Positions 11,037 to 24,004 of a DNA stretch of 64,000 bases are shown piece by piece (within the stretch, counting starts at the first letter, position 1; every line of letters begins with the position of its first letter). The notes under the pieces were generated by a model, which had not been told where the DNA came from, did not search any database, and saw only the letters and a list, made by a program, of their open reading frames with translations. The DNA lies in the NCBI RefSeq assembly GCF_040938485.1, contig NW_027271495.1:372001-436000 (forward strand), written 5' to 3'. Made by a program: the position numbers and the translations under genes. Origin of the DNA: Diadema antillarum. Its lineage: Eukaryota.

Positions 11037-14000
11037 TATTGTGAGAATATAACGATTATTTAATAGTGTGCTGTTGCTTCACGGTCATGCTGTAGATATT
11101 TTACATACTATTAGATACTACATGTACCTTTCTTTCAGTCGTTGCCAATTCCTAAAAGTTAAAGAAATAATGTGTCAATGTCGTAACCTCACTACTCTAG
11201 ATGGAAAGTCAAAGTTTTCTCATGGTTTTGTCATTCAATATAACCATTTTTTTTTTGGTGGTAGTGTGAGGCATGATAGCTAATCACTGCACCTGAAAAA
11301 CATGGAGTACTTATGCTACATCTAATGCGGTAGACATCTTACGATGACAAATGCTAGTAAACCAAACTCTCATTAGAAGTGCAGTAATTTTTTCTTGCCA
11401 CGAAGTTTAGATTCTCATGGTATTCTATTCTCTGTGCTGACTACAGCAGGCAAAGTTTGTCTATGCAGAAAGACTGCTTCAGTAGCATCAATGTGTTTAT
11501 GAACTTCTGTAAAATTTAAATCAAAGAGAATGTGCAGGTAGAATTGGAAGAAAGGCTTGCATGCAAAACCCACTGGTGGACCTCTTAACCCCTTCTGTAC
11601 CGGGAACTTTGGGCAGTTGTGTACAATGCTATGGGGATTTCCATGCCAGTCAGCATTCAAAGCATTGAAACAGTTAATGCAAGAGGACATCCTTGGCCAT
11701 ACCCATGGTCTATTCTACTTTTCGGCAGAGACATTCTTGTGATTGCTTTGCTTGGTCGAGGTGGAGACAATTTTGAATATGTTTTGGGTCATGGTCATGG
11801 GTTGTAGCTTTAGCTTAGATTCTAAGAAAAAAATAATATTACTTGTCAGAGGTTTGTCATGGAATCTGATAGGATTAAGTTTGTGTGAAAGGATGAAAAT
11901 GAGAACTTGCAAAGTACGTAATTGTAAAATAAAACATTTCTTCTTTCTTTTTCTTTTTCTTTTTTTAACAGAAATCAGCCAATGATTGTAGATAAGGCCA
12001 ATTTCCTATGATCTTCAATACCCTTGGTTTTGCATACGAGCAAAATGAAAGGAAGTCACAGAGGCAATTTGCTGTGGAGTTGAAAAGTGCAGAAGTGAAT
12101 GTTAGTATGTTATTTGGAATAGGCACACTCTTTTTTTTTCATTGTCTTAAAAAAGTACATTAGTGGAAGGTGTTATGTCAGAAATTTGACTGAAAGATCA
12201 GGTGTTTTTTTAAGATAATTTCCTTGAGATGATTAAGTAGCCCCTCTCCCCCCTCCAAAAACAAAAAACTTTTCCACTTTGCCTTGTTTTTTTGTTTATG
12301 TCCCAAAATATCTCCCCAAAAGTGTACATGAGCCTTCTTGCTTTCTTCTTTTTGATAGATCATGTGACAGAAATGTTGCACTGCAAGATCAAACATTTGA
12401 TGAGTAAGTTATAATGAGGACATGCTGTGAAAAAGGTATATCTATTGTTCAGTTTTTGTGAACATCTGGTGCACATAATGTCCAACTTGCTCTTCAAACA
12501 TCATAATATATCTACTATAAACAAATGTGGGGAAAGATAGGCACTTGGAAAGAATAAACTGCAAATGGTATTTAGTCATTTCTCTCCTTCAAATGCTTAT
12601 TGAAATTACGTTGTGCTCAAAGAAGGGCAGAAAAAAAAATGCGGGGTAAAAATTGGTGTACATAACATAATTTCACTGTTCTCTTTTACTTTGTAGCATG
12701 CAAATTGTTGTCATTAGTACTGCATTCAAATTATATTTGTCAGTCCTGGCACATGATGCTTTGTATTCATAATGACAGAGAGCTGTGAATGAAATGCATG
12801 TGTACAAGTGTAGTAACAATATTATTCACAGTATTAGATTTGCAATGGATTTCTGCATTCATAGCAGTTATTACAAAAATCTAGCTTTTAGTTGAGTTGA
12901 TAGATTCATCACATCTATTTGCAGTTGAAAGAATCAAAGAAAAATTGTTTCACTTGTGCTGTATATCACATTTCAAGTACTTTATTCTTTTTTTTTTTTG
13001 AAATCCATTTTTTGTCAGTGTCTACTATGTACTTAAATGTTATGCCACAGCCCGTTCTGTGTTTAGTTTTAGCAGCTTGTATATAATCATAAAAGTTTGT
13101 ACAGATGTGCAGTAATGAAATACATGTACACCATTAGCAGTCAAACTGCTCGTCAAGTAAGTGTTCCCTATTTGTCGTTCTTTATTTTCTCAAAGTGAAT
13201 CCATTGTGTGGCTATTGGAAAAAGAAATGAAGTGGGGGTGGGGGGCAAAGCTGAAACCAATGCTCTTTGTTGTGCAGGGTAAACGTTTCATCACCCTTGC
13301 ACCTTGCAAACTGCCTCCGATACTGATCTAGCCCTTAGAGTATAATACTTATACACGTCTACGATCACACCACACAAACTTTAATAAAAACATGTGTACA
13401 AACAGCTACTGTGAAGCCACTGGACTCAGGACTATACAGATATGTGCTGTTGAGAAGTCACTTTCAAGGGTGGGGTGGTGGTGGTGGTGGGAGGGGGGAG
13501 CAGTGTACCCATCATCTGTAAACGGAGAGGTACATGAATGATGTTTTAAGGGTTCCTGATTTGATAATGTCTACCTCAACTACTTTTTTCTCCCTCTCTG
13601 TTAGTCTGTACATGTATGTCTCTCCCCTTCTCTCTCTCCTTTCCAGAATGTGTTATAGATAATGTTCTTTTGATTTGATAGATATGTAGGTAAGGTTCAA
13701 TCATTTACACATTATAATCTGCGCAGCAGACCTGGGGCTGTGCGGAACTTTTTTTTTTTTAAAGCAGGGGGAGGGTCAAGTGGTCAGTGGTACCCCACCC
13801 CATTAACGGGAAGAATTTCGGGGCATTATGCCGGGCATTATGCCCCTGTGATTGGTTTTTGTTGTAATATATTTTTGACATTTTTTAAAAGATTTTTGTA
13901 TGTGTTTGTGTGTGTGCGTTGTGAGAGAGGCACCTGTTCAGTAAACAGCAAATTTATGATATACAATGGTGGACTCGTATTATGGAGAACACCAATACTG

Positions 14001-14929
14001 TACCTGCAATAATCTATTATCATAACATTCACTTTTTTGCTTCTTACAAATTCAAACATTCTCTGTTTATTTCAAGAGAGAAATGCACCTCCAGAAACAC
14101 ATTGATATCGTGGGGCGGTAACAGTGTACCCCTATTTAACCACCCATCTCAATTTCTCCCTAGAAGTATACCATCCTCATGAGATACATGTAGAGAATGA
14201 CAGAAAAAGTATGCTCCGTACTCTTGCCTCAGCTACTTCATATGTTAGGGCAAATGCCTTTGGTTCTATTTCTTCTAGTCCGGGTAAAAGAAAAGAGAGA
14301 GAGAAAGAGACTCAGAGTTGAAAAAAGAGTATTTCATCTGCTTGTAAGGCTGTTATAATCCCAAATTGTGTGTTGTAATGTTTTTCACCAGAGGTATAAT
14401 TTTGGTCTGCACTGAATGGCTTTTCCATCATGCTATCCAAATCAGGACTGCTGCCTCCGAGGGTCGAGCAAGGGCTTTAATGCATATTGATATCGTGGGC
14501 ATCATTCTAGCATGACTGATCCAATTACTTCCCCTAAGCGCGCTCGCCGAGACGAGACATACCACAGAATATGAAGAAAAACAACAATACCACCAATGAC
14601 AACGACCCTGCTCTCTTGTCGGCCACATTATGAAAGCTGGGATACACAAACATACTATATGCGCATATATCTTTTATGCTGTGATATGCACATGGACCAT
14701 TCCTCTTGTACAACCCCCATGGAAGATGTTTGCCAAGAATGTAAAGAGTGTTAACAAAAAATGATATATACCCCATATTTGTTCTCTCCCGCAGGATCCC
14801 CTCCCATCAATACCCTCCCCCCCCCCCCCGCGTCACTCCCTCGCTCCCACACCACCTCTCATTTTTTTTAAAAATCTCTCTGTCTCTCACACAATCGTCA
14901 TCACATCCCTCTTTCTGGTTCTGTGCAAA

Positions 14930-15425
14930 GAACGTAAGAAGCAGATCAACAAAGCACTGTTATCTTTCCTTCTCCTAATTCAGCTTTGGAATAATTTGCC
15001 TGTCGATGTTTAATCTGCCCCCAGTTTGTCTGTATTCAAAGAGAAACTTAAAAAAAAAAAGACACCTCCTCGCATCCTACATTGTATGCCAACTGATGAT
15101 ATGATAACTATGACCTTTAGTTAATGGTCAATGTGTATTTTGTATGCACAAATGTAGTTATTTCTTCCGTAGCCAATTGTGTATCATTTCAATAATGCCA
15201 AACTTGTACTGTCCTCCAAATATCCTATATCCTAGTTCACCACTCTCTTGTTATACAAGCTTTGCTTTTTTTCTAGGTCCCACACAACATGCTATGTATA
15301 CATGAACCTGGTTCAATTTTGAGATTGATGTACAATACATCGACGATTTCAAATAACATGTATGTGAAAATGCCGATTATTTGAATGTTTGTAAAATGAA
15401 TTGAATTGACTTAATCTGAATTGAT
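14930..15425 (+). mobile_element. 5'-truncated LINE (CR1/L2/Crack group), 3' end
   Basis: 14981-15052 translates QLWNNLPVDV*SAPSLSVFKEKLK, the characteristic ORF2 C-terminus. Followed by a 3'UTR with TACAAGC..GCTTTT and a (TTGAA)n-like tail. Confidence 0.8.
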
Positions 15426-15743
15426 GGAATTTTCTCCCGCAGTTTCACCTGGATGATATGCTTGTCGCTTGCAGTGTTTCACAATGATGTTTTACTGGAC
15501 AGGAAACTGACAAAAATATAGGCCTACAACTAATGATCACATTTACTTTTCATTTCTTTTCCATTTAAACACGTAGTGGTAATGGGAAAATTAAATTGGA
15601 ATGCCTGTAGCTGTCAGATAAAAATAAGTCTGTCTGCAAGCCATATCCTCTCCAACATATAATGTACTTGTACTTTCATTCTCATGAACTAGGACAGGCT
15701 TGAAGGCACAATGTAAATTTAGCAATTGAAAATGAAGTTACCG

Positions 15744-15747
<4 letters not shown>

Positions 15748-15792
<45 letters not shown>
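15748..15792. repeat. (TA)n microsatellite
   Basis: Direct inspection. Confidence 0.98.
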
Positions 15793-15795
<3 letters not shown>

Positions 15796-18457
15796 CCCAA
15801 AAGCATTCAGGAAATAATTCACACTTTACAAAGTACCCCAATCATGTTTCATCTACAGTCTCTTGTAAGGCATAAATGGAAAGGTGCCATGAGCGCCAAG
15901 ACAAAGTTATCATTCCATGGGGGGAAAAAAATCTTCTTAGCCTTAAAACAAAAATATGATCACCTACAAGGCATCCCTGGACTGTAAAAGATTGAAATGT
16001 ACTATGGGCAAGGTATTATTAATACCTCAAACTGGACATTGAGTATGCATATTATAGGGAACTCTGGCCAGTATGCCAACTTGCTATAGATTGACAGTCA
16101 ACAAAAGTGTAATAAATCAATCAGTTCAATTGAAAACAAGGGTAAGTTTAAAAAGTAGGAAAATATAGCTTGTTTAAATTTAGTGCACCTAACTGAACAA
16201 CAAATGACATCGTCTTCATGTGTCTTTCACATCAAACTTTTTGGTTCAGTTTTTTTTTTAATATTTGTGTAGTTGAAATAATTACATCTTTTTGGATCAT
16301 GATACCGTGCAAAGACATTCTTACTTTGTGACGTATTATGAATGTCTACCAGTAAGTTATGTGACCCCGAAGAAAATAAAAATTATATTGACTTCTCGTA
16401 AACACCCAAAAGGAGAGCATCTGTTGCACATAAATAATTGGCTCAAACATTTTTGGCGCCGTCTATTAATTGCTACATTCTAGAATGGTAAAAGAGCAAC
16501 AGTTCATTTCATCTGTGTGACGACTGTTTGAGAATCCAGTGGCGAAATCAATTTCTCCATTCCCTTTGGGGAGATTTGTAGAATTCATCTGTTCCCGTGG
16601 ATTTTAACCGGGTTAAGCATTCCACCGAACATTTTCAGCATATCTGATTGAAACTGTGCATCGGCATTGCACACGAAACCCATCAAGTTTTTCTTTCTCA
16701 AGATTTGTGCTCTCATTTCAGCCACAGTATCCTCTGCTCCTAATCAATTTTGCAGCTGCTGTATGATTTCATCTCTGTCACTTTATATGTTTCATATTCA
16801 ACAAGTTTTGTATGGTTCAAGGCTGTTCTGAGACTTTCCCTGGTTCCTTACGGGGGACCGTTATTTGATGAAGCACTACCCTAATTAACGTCTTTACAAT
16901 CTGTCTTTTTCTTTGTTTTGTTTTGAAACTATTTCTTTTGGGTCCTCTTTGTTCCACAATGCACTGGAAATCACATTTGTCACCTGCATCACCAGGGGAA
17001 TGAGAAGCAATCAAACTTCATCTCGCCTCGCCCATCCAAAAAGTGGCCTGGGAGTCTGAGCATCCATGTTACCCGCTGCACACTTCGATCCCGACCCATG
17101 ATTGAATGTCCCCGATAACGAGGCTCCCCACAGCTGTCTAAATTGATCTGTCAGGACAATGCGCGCCCTCGTGCAGAATCATCCTCTTCTCCCTTGCCCC
17201 TCCCCCCCCCCCCACCCGCCCACTTCTACATATCCTACGGGGATAAGAGAACATCATATTTTGCCAACACTTCCTTCCTTCCTTCCATATTTCACTCACT
17301 CGCATTCCAGTCTCTTTCGTCCGTACACTGCCCTCTTGGGGCCAGGACGTGTCTGGTAACACTTCAAACCAACGAGAACCACGGGCAACTGTCACTACTG
17401 ATGCACAACCCCCATCTCTGACTGATTGAAATAACGGGCCATGGGTCCCCCCCCCCCCTTTGCCCAACCTTCTTTGATTTGTTTTGTTGATATTACACTA
17501 GCAGGCAGGGGACAATTCTTTACTAGGAACTCTTTGCACGTTGCTGATAAAAATTGTCCCATGTGCGGCAAGATATTGGCTCATATTATTTGTACCATGC
17601 AACATATGTGCAGACAGAGAAAAGGACATACAGAGAATTAAAGAGAGAGAGAGCGCGCCAGAACGAGAATAAACAGAAGGGGGAAACGGGGATGGGGAGT
17701 GTGAGGAAACAAAAAGGACAATCGCTGGTAGAAAATGGGAAGGAAAACTCAAAAAGAGAAGAAAATAAAAATAGTGGAAGAAATGAGAAGCCATGATATG
17801 AGAAGAAGATGAGTGTGGGAGGAAAAAAAATAGGGAGAGGAAAGAAAGATAACTCACAAAATAAAGACATATCACAAGAACACAAGTGAGGAAAGAAGAG
17901 AGAATATATGGGTCAAAATGGCAGACGGGGAAAATGAAAGAAAAATATTAAGGTCAATATGAGGGCAAATATAAGGCAGGAGGAAGACTGGAGAGGGGTA
18001 GGTAGAGAAAGGGAGAGAGAGAAACATATAGATAGATAGAGAGAGAGAGAGATAGGAGAGAGAGAGAGAGGAAAGGAAATGAAAAGGATATGATTGAGCT
18101 TGATATTACACGGCCTCTAGCACTTTTATTTCGCCTGTCATCATCGGAAAAGTCTCAATATGAGCAGAACACCGCAAAGATCCTCTCAGATGACATCCCC
18201 TGATCAAGGAAACTCCACCCTCCTACGATTCAAGCAGAAAGCTGGCTCCCGTGAATATAGAGCCCTAGCTGGTGCATTATAAACATACTCCCGGAAAACT
18301 GAAACCCACCAAACTCCAAAACAAGAACAAGAAGAGAACAACAACAACAACAAAAAACCACTTTCTATTTCTGATAACTGGAGCAAGTTGCCATTAAGGT
18401 TTCATACTCATTAACAACTTGGTAGGAAGATGACCATACAAGTACTATATCATTGCA

Positions 18458-18857
18458 TTAAAGGGATGTTATAATTTTGGTTGAGATCGGGCTTCAGATT
18501 GTTTTTTTATTTTGTGAGATCATAAGAAACTACTTATGAAATATGAAATAACATACAATTCTAAGATTAATTCAAAGTTTATTTGATGATCTTGATAAAA
18601 GGTGGGACCTACCTTTTATAAGGACCACTTTGTTTTTGGATATCTTAGCCATTTCAAAATCAATATTCATTGAATAAGCCAGTTACAAAATATGAAAGAG
18701 CATACAATTCTTAGAGGAATTCAAAGTTTATTTGATGATAATCAATTTTTGAAAAAAAACCCAGAAATAATGGCTGAGATATCCAATTACAAAGAGGTCA
18801 TAATAAAAGGTGGGGCCCACTTGTTACTAGGATCCCAACCACAACTATATTATCCAT
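18458..18857. mobile_element. Kolobok-like non-autonomous element fragment (family shared with 32485-32900)
   Basis: TTAA|AGGGAT.TATA.TTTTGGTTGAG start. Shared TATGAAATAT...AATGGCTGAGAT...TAATAAAAGGTGGG.CCCAC blocks. Superfamily inferred from TTAA|RR termini. Confidence 0.55.
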
Positions 18858-18861
18858 TTAA

Positions 18862-18946
18862 CCCATTGAGGATGAGTCCCGAGTATACTCAGGCAGATGT
18901 TTATGGGAAATGGGTGTTGTAGCAAAATCAGTCCATCCTCAACAGG
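18862..18946 (+). mobile_element. 85-bp piggyBac-type MITE, copy 3
   Basis: TTAA flanks and TIRs as in the other copies. Confidence 0.85.
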
Positions 18947-19037
18947 TTAATCATATGCACAGACACTCTTTGCTGCCATGCAATCTTGATCTGTGACTCC
19001 CGATACTAACTCAATGCACATTTTGTTGAAAACTAGA

Positions 19038-20355
19038 AATATCACTTAAGGTGATTAATACCCCCGCCCCGTGACGACAGTCTTACCCAAGGAATGATCT
19101 TTCCTTGATCTTCTGCCATTTAAATGCCGTTACCATGGCAACGCAGCTTCCGACACGTCCGAAAAATATGTCTTGCACATCTTCCCACCAAGACTATTGT
19201 GTGTGCCACATTTCATAAGCTTTTGTCAAAAACTGAGGAAGTAGTTCAATCCACAAGATCTTTCCTTGATCTTCCGCCATTAATATGCCATTACCATGGG
19301 TAACGCAGCTTCCGGCACGTCCAAAAAATATGTCTTGCACATCTTCCCACCAAGACCAATGTGTGTGCCACATTTCATGAGCTTCAGTCGAATACAGAGG
19401 AAGTAGTTCAATCCGCAAGATCTTTCCTTGATCTTCTGCCATTTATATGCCGTTACCATGGCAACGCAGCTTCCGACACGTCCGAAAAATATGTCTTCCA
19501 CATCTTCCCACCAAGATCAAGGTGTGTGCCACATTTCATAAGCTTTGGTCAAAAAACTGAGGAAGTAGTTAAATCCGCAAGATCTTTCCTTGATCTTCTG
19601 CCATTGATATGCCGTTACCATGGCAACGTACTTTCGGGTACTGTCAAAAAATGCGTCTTGCACATCTACAACCAAAGGCACACATCTGTACCAAGTTTCA
19701 AGGAAATTGGGCAAAAACTGAGGAAGTAGTTTGCAACACAAAATTTTCCATCATTTTGGCTCATAATATGTGAGCTGTTACCATGGCAACATACTTTTTG
19801 TCACTGTCAAGAAATGTGTCATGCTGACCTATATCCTAAGACAAACATTCAATATGAATTCCATGAGAATTGGAAGAACACTGATGAAGCAGTTTTGCCA
19901 TGAAGCATTTTGCCCTATATTTTACCAATAACATGCCGTTACCATGGCAACGCACTTTTTGCCACTGCGGAAATATGTGTCTTGCACATTAACATATTCA
20001 GATGAACATCTGTACCTAATTTCATAAAAATTGATCAAAAACTGTGGGAGGAGTTCGCGACGCAAGATTTGTACCCATTTTTGCCCATAATATGCCGTTA
20101 CCATGGCAACGTACTTTTGGGTACTGTCAAAAAATACGTCTTGCACATCTACAACCCAAGGCACACATCTGTGCCAAGTTTTATGGGAATCGGTTGAAAA
20201 CTGAGGAAGTAGTTCGCGACGCAAGATTTGCAACGGACCGACCGCCCGACCGCCCGACCGTCCGCTGATTCCTATATACCCCCTTCAAACTTCGTTTGGC
20301 GGGGGTATAATGATTCCTATACACCCCCTTCAAACTTCGTTTGGCGGGGGTATAA
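19038..20355 (-). mobile_element. Helentron-associated HINE/DINE-1-like element (family B) with 7 x ~161-bp internal tandem repeats
   Basis: On the minus strand: TTATACCCCCGCC...GGGGGTATA 5' inverted repeat, GGTCG/GGCG microsatellite, tandem array, 3' subTIR GGCGGGGGTATT, terminal stem-loop ATCAC-TTAAG-GTGAT. This is the DINE-1 architecture. Confidence 0.85.
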
Positions 20356-20873
20356 AAAAACACCACACAAAATGGAATCTACGAAAATTTGAATGTCTCT
20401 TGAGACATCAAATGAATCAAGTACTATCTAGAATCTGTAGAGTCACGAAAATACTTGTTGAGTTAATCTTAATGAGATGTTGAATTTTAGAATTCCTCAT
20501 TTGTCTGGTTCATCAAATGTCACAAATATTCCCTCAACGGTGAACTTTGGGCGAGTCTCCTTCAGAATGCATGAAAGACATTCAGAGTTTATTTTCATCT
20601 TTCAAGTCGTGTGGCAGTGCTCTGCACTAAGTTCCTGGACACACTTCACAAAATGAATCAACTATACTCTCATCCTATAGCTGTAATGATAAAAGTATAC
20701 TTGCTGAATGCTTTCTTTGATATATTTTCTGTTCCCTACGGCAATGAATGTACCATTATGTGGTTGATTTTCCTTGAATATACAGTAAACAATATGTTGA
20801 TTTGATTAATTTCTAGAAAATAATACAGATTTGATTCAACAGTGCATCTACTTTTCTTACTGTCATTACTATC

Positions 20874-20906
20874 ATCATCATCATTATGATTATTGCTATT
20901 ATCATT

Positions 20907-20953
<47 letters not shown>

Positions 20954-20985
20954 AATCATCATTTTCAGTATCATCATTGTTACCA
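20874..20985. repeat. (CAT)n microsatellite
   Basis: Direct inspection. Explains the poly-His and poly-Asp ORFs. Confidence 0.97.
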
Positions 20986-21059
20986 TTCATTATCACTTTC
21001 AATGGTCAGGAAGGCAACATATCATTCATAGCAAGAAAACAAGAATAGAATAATATGTC

Positions 21060-21350
21060 CAGGCATATGATCTTGCGGTCTAAATCGAAAGAATGCTCTT
21101 GTGAATAACGGTCATACCAAACACACACGGAGTCATTGGAGTAGAAAGCATCGTCTTGTCAGTTTGTTGAGAGTCGGCCACTTGCTTCGTGCTTTGAAAG
21201 CATGGAAGCACTAGGGCGAAAGTGGAGATATAATTCCAACTCTCGTACACTCTCATTCTCATTGAGTGGTATATCAATACAGTGTAAATCAATTTTCTTT
21301 TTTTAATTGAAAGTGCTTCCTTTAGAATCACTCTGCTCTCATTCCCGTTC
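21060..21350 (-). mobile_element. Possible decayed Penelope-like element 3' fragment
   Basis: Minus-strand frames give RVILKEALSIKK and PLNENESVRELELY, reminiscent of the PLE GIY-YIG C-terminus. Frameshifted and weak. Confidence 0.3.
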
Positions 21351-23254
21351 ATTATCACAATCACAACAACAAAAGACACAACACAGAATTTAAATTGCAT
21401 TCATAGATTTAATTTACCAAGTTTCTCAGGCAATGTACAAGTGATAAAACATATATCACAATATGAAGTATACGAGTATGTACAGATCATTCTACAATAC
21501 AGTTTATACAAGCGCTGAATATTGTAGTTATCAGCAATCAATGTACAATTCAGCTGATGTGTACATATCCAACTGTATTTACAAAAGTTATGTAAATTTC
21601 AAATTATCAATTTTTCTTTTGTTTGAGGGGAATCTGGAGACTGACAAACTCAGCACACACCTTCACATGGACTCATTCACACATACATTATTACAGACAA
21701 AACACACGCACCCATATTTTTTCTTTGCCTCTCTTTCCACAGAGCAAATCTTCTCTTTCATCATTTCCACTCCCTGCCTCTCTGTCCTCCAACAGTGCCT
21801 TCCTTCTTTTTGCCTTTTTTTAAAAATCAAAAAAATCTATTAATTGTGGTCTTTTATTGGATGGCAAAATAGTTATGAGGGAAAAAATGAAGGAAGATTT
21901 TCATTTTAAATCAACCCTCAACTCTTTCAGCAGTGGAAAAAAAATCTTCAAAGACTGCTAACACCAATGGGCGCAGTCTAAGCAAATACTGGATTTTACG
22001 CCAGGGTAAACAAATGGGGTGTAAACCTATACGGCTAACATCTGGGCAAATAATCTGCTGTTTGCTAAAAGTGGAATGTCATTACAAATGCTTGTGTTAC
22101 CTAAGGCTCCTCTTTGTAAAGATATAGAAAAAAAAAGAGAAAACCCCCCCCCCCCGAAAAACACTTTGTGGGATTATCATGGTGTGTTGAAGAATCATGT
22201 ACACATTTCTTCACGATATACCAGCACTGATAAGGGCACAGTACTGAGTTGCAGGGTGCTTCGGAATTATGAATTACACAGGACGTTTAAGTGGTGCATT
22301 CAAAAAGCTTATTCTTGTCCGCTTGATTTCCACTGTGTAATACGAGAAAATATTGAAGGAAATGCATAGGCCAATGTTTTAATTCCCCATAAGCTACCGT
22401 TCTTTGTGGCCGTGCAATATTACACCGTGTATTGTCTCATCTGTCGTACAAGTGCTTGCTAGGTGCACAGACTCTCATTACATTTCACAAGTTTGCAAAC
22501 ATCTTGCTACATAGGCAAGTGCAAGTCACTTTATTTTCAGTGCAGAGTTGACCTCAATGTCTCGTAGAAGTATGGTACTTTTTCACAGTTAATGCCATCT
22601 CTAGATAATGACTATAGATAATAATGAATATATTTAATGGCTCTAATTCATGGAATGCCAGGGTATATTGCACTCGTTAGAGCCAATATTGCACTCATCT
22701 TTAATTCGTGCATATTGACCGGTAACTCCTGCAATATTTCCTGGTATCCCATTCATTGATATCCAGTATTATGTAAATATCATTATCAATGCTAAAATCA
22801 AGCAGAAAACAAGAAAAGATCAAAATAATCATTTCCAAGTGAATGTGACCTTTTCATGTAAGATTGATACTGAATCTGCAAATACTATTAAAAAATGAAA
22901 TCTGATGGGCATTCCCTGCCAATGTCTGTATTTACTTGATAACAAAGACAACAAATGCCATGTAGTTCTCATCATGGAATAACAGAGAGGTATAGTGAAT
23001 TAGGCCCTATGAATGATTAGAAAATAGCAACTCAAGTTGGCTTTCGCTATAAAGCATTTTGAAGATTGCTTGAAACTGCAGACCACCTGCGATTAGTGTC
23101 TCGAAGACAGTCATTTCAATTCAGATATAAAGCACAGACTGGAATTTCAAGGGGCTTTTCTAAAACATTGGATTTTCACAGAATTCTCAATTACTTGACT
23201 AATATAATGTTCTGTGTATGCCATCTGTTGCTAACAACAACACAGAGCCCTTAA

Positions 23255-23339
23255 CCCGTTGAGGACGAGTCCCGAGTATACTCGGGCAAATGTCTATGGG
23301 AAATGCGTGTTGTAGCAAAATCAGCCAGTCCTCAATGGG
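23255..23339 (+). mobile_element. 85-bp piggyBac-type MITE, copy 4
   Basis: TTAA|CCCGTTGAGGAC...GTCCTCAATGGG|TTAA. Confidence 0.9.
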
Positions 23340-23878
23340 TTAATGTCTTCATGACAAAAACATTTGATAACTAAAAGCCAAAAAGAAAGCAAAAGCAAGC
23401 CCCCTATTAAAAAAAACAAACAAAAAAAACCCCCATCAAATATCAAGGAATGTTGCTAGAGCCATGCTCTCCAAACTTTGATTATCAAACAAAATCCTAG
23501 CCGCCCCAGCTTTTAATTTTGCACACACACACAAAAAAAATTGATTTGTTAATCTCCCTTGTGATGTCATTCTGCCTCTCACAAACTGTTACAGGAGGAA
23601 TGGTGAGAAATGAATATACATCTGATGATGAGCAATAGGCTACATCAAAAATCACAAGATCCCAGCGTCTGCACCCCAGCATGCGCCACTGGCTTTGGTC
23701 GTTTTGCATTCAAGGGAAGAAAACTGAAGGAAATCTTAAAAAGAGTTCTCTATAGTATCTCTCAATCTCCTCCTCTCTTCCCCGCCCACGCCCACTGTCG
23801 CCGCCGCCGTGTGCAGTCATGGGAGAAAACTGCCCGGCTCTCATTTTTGATGGCTGGTTTTTCCCTCGATCCTCCAAA

Positions 23879-24004
23879 CTAGCCCGCCGTTGACTGGTTG
23901 TCCCCCGAGGGGCTCTGCGACACCGGCTTGTAGAATGGGTCCTTCTGGACCATGAGGTCATGGAGTTTCTGGTAAGTCTCGCACTCTCCGCTGACGCCGT
24001 TCTT
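23879..24004 (-). CDS. LRRC71: LRRC71-like terminal exon KNGVSGECETYQKLHDLMVQKDPFYKPVSQSPSGDNQSTAG-stop
   Basis: Polypyrimidine tract plus TTGCAG| acceptor, phase 0. Resembles my recollection of the LRRC71 C-terminus (KN...C.AY..+.+LM..+DP). Confidence 0.88.
   Translation of the reverse strand, partial: KNGVSGECETYQKLHDLMVQKDPFYKPVSQSPSGDNQSTAG

Larger units (their letters stand above)
8386..13400 (+). other. Putative long 3'UTR of the HMG20 gene
   Basis: No coding signal, U/UG-rich composition, AATAAA near 12553 and 13383. The end point is inferred. Confidence 0.45.

Noticed and set aside
14428-14776. Two minus-strand ORFs with hydrophobic tails
   Set aside because: No recognisable domain and no linked exons.
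19081-20220. Regularly spaced repeats as a CRISPR-like array
   Set aside because: Whole ~161-bp units are homologous (no unique spacers), the context is eukaryotic, there are no cas genes, and the array sits inside a HINE.
20736-21031. Poly-Asp and poly-His ORFs
   Set aside because: Translation of a (CAT)n microsatellite.
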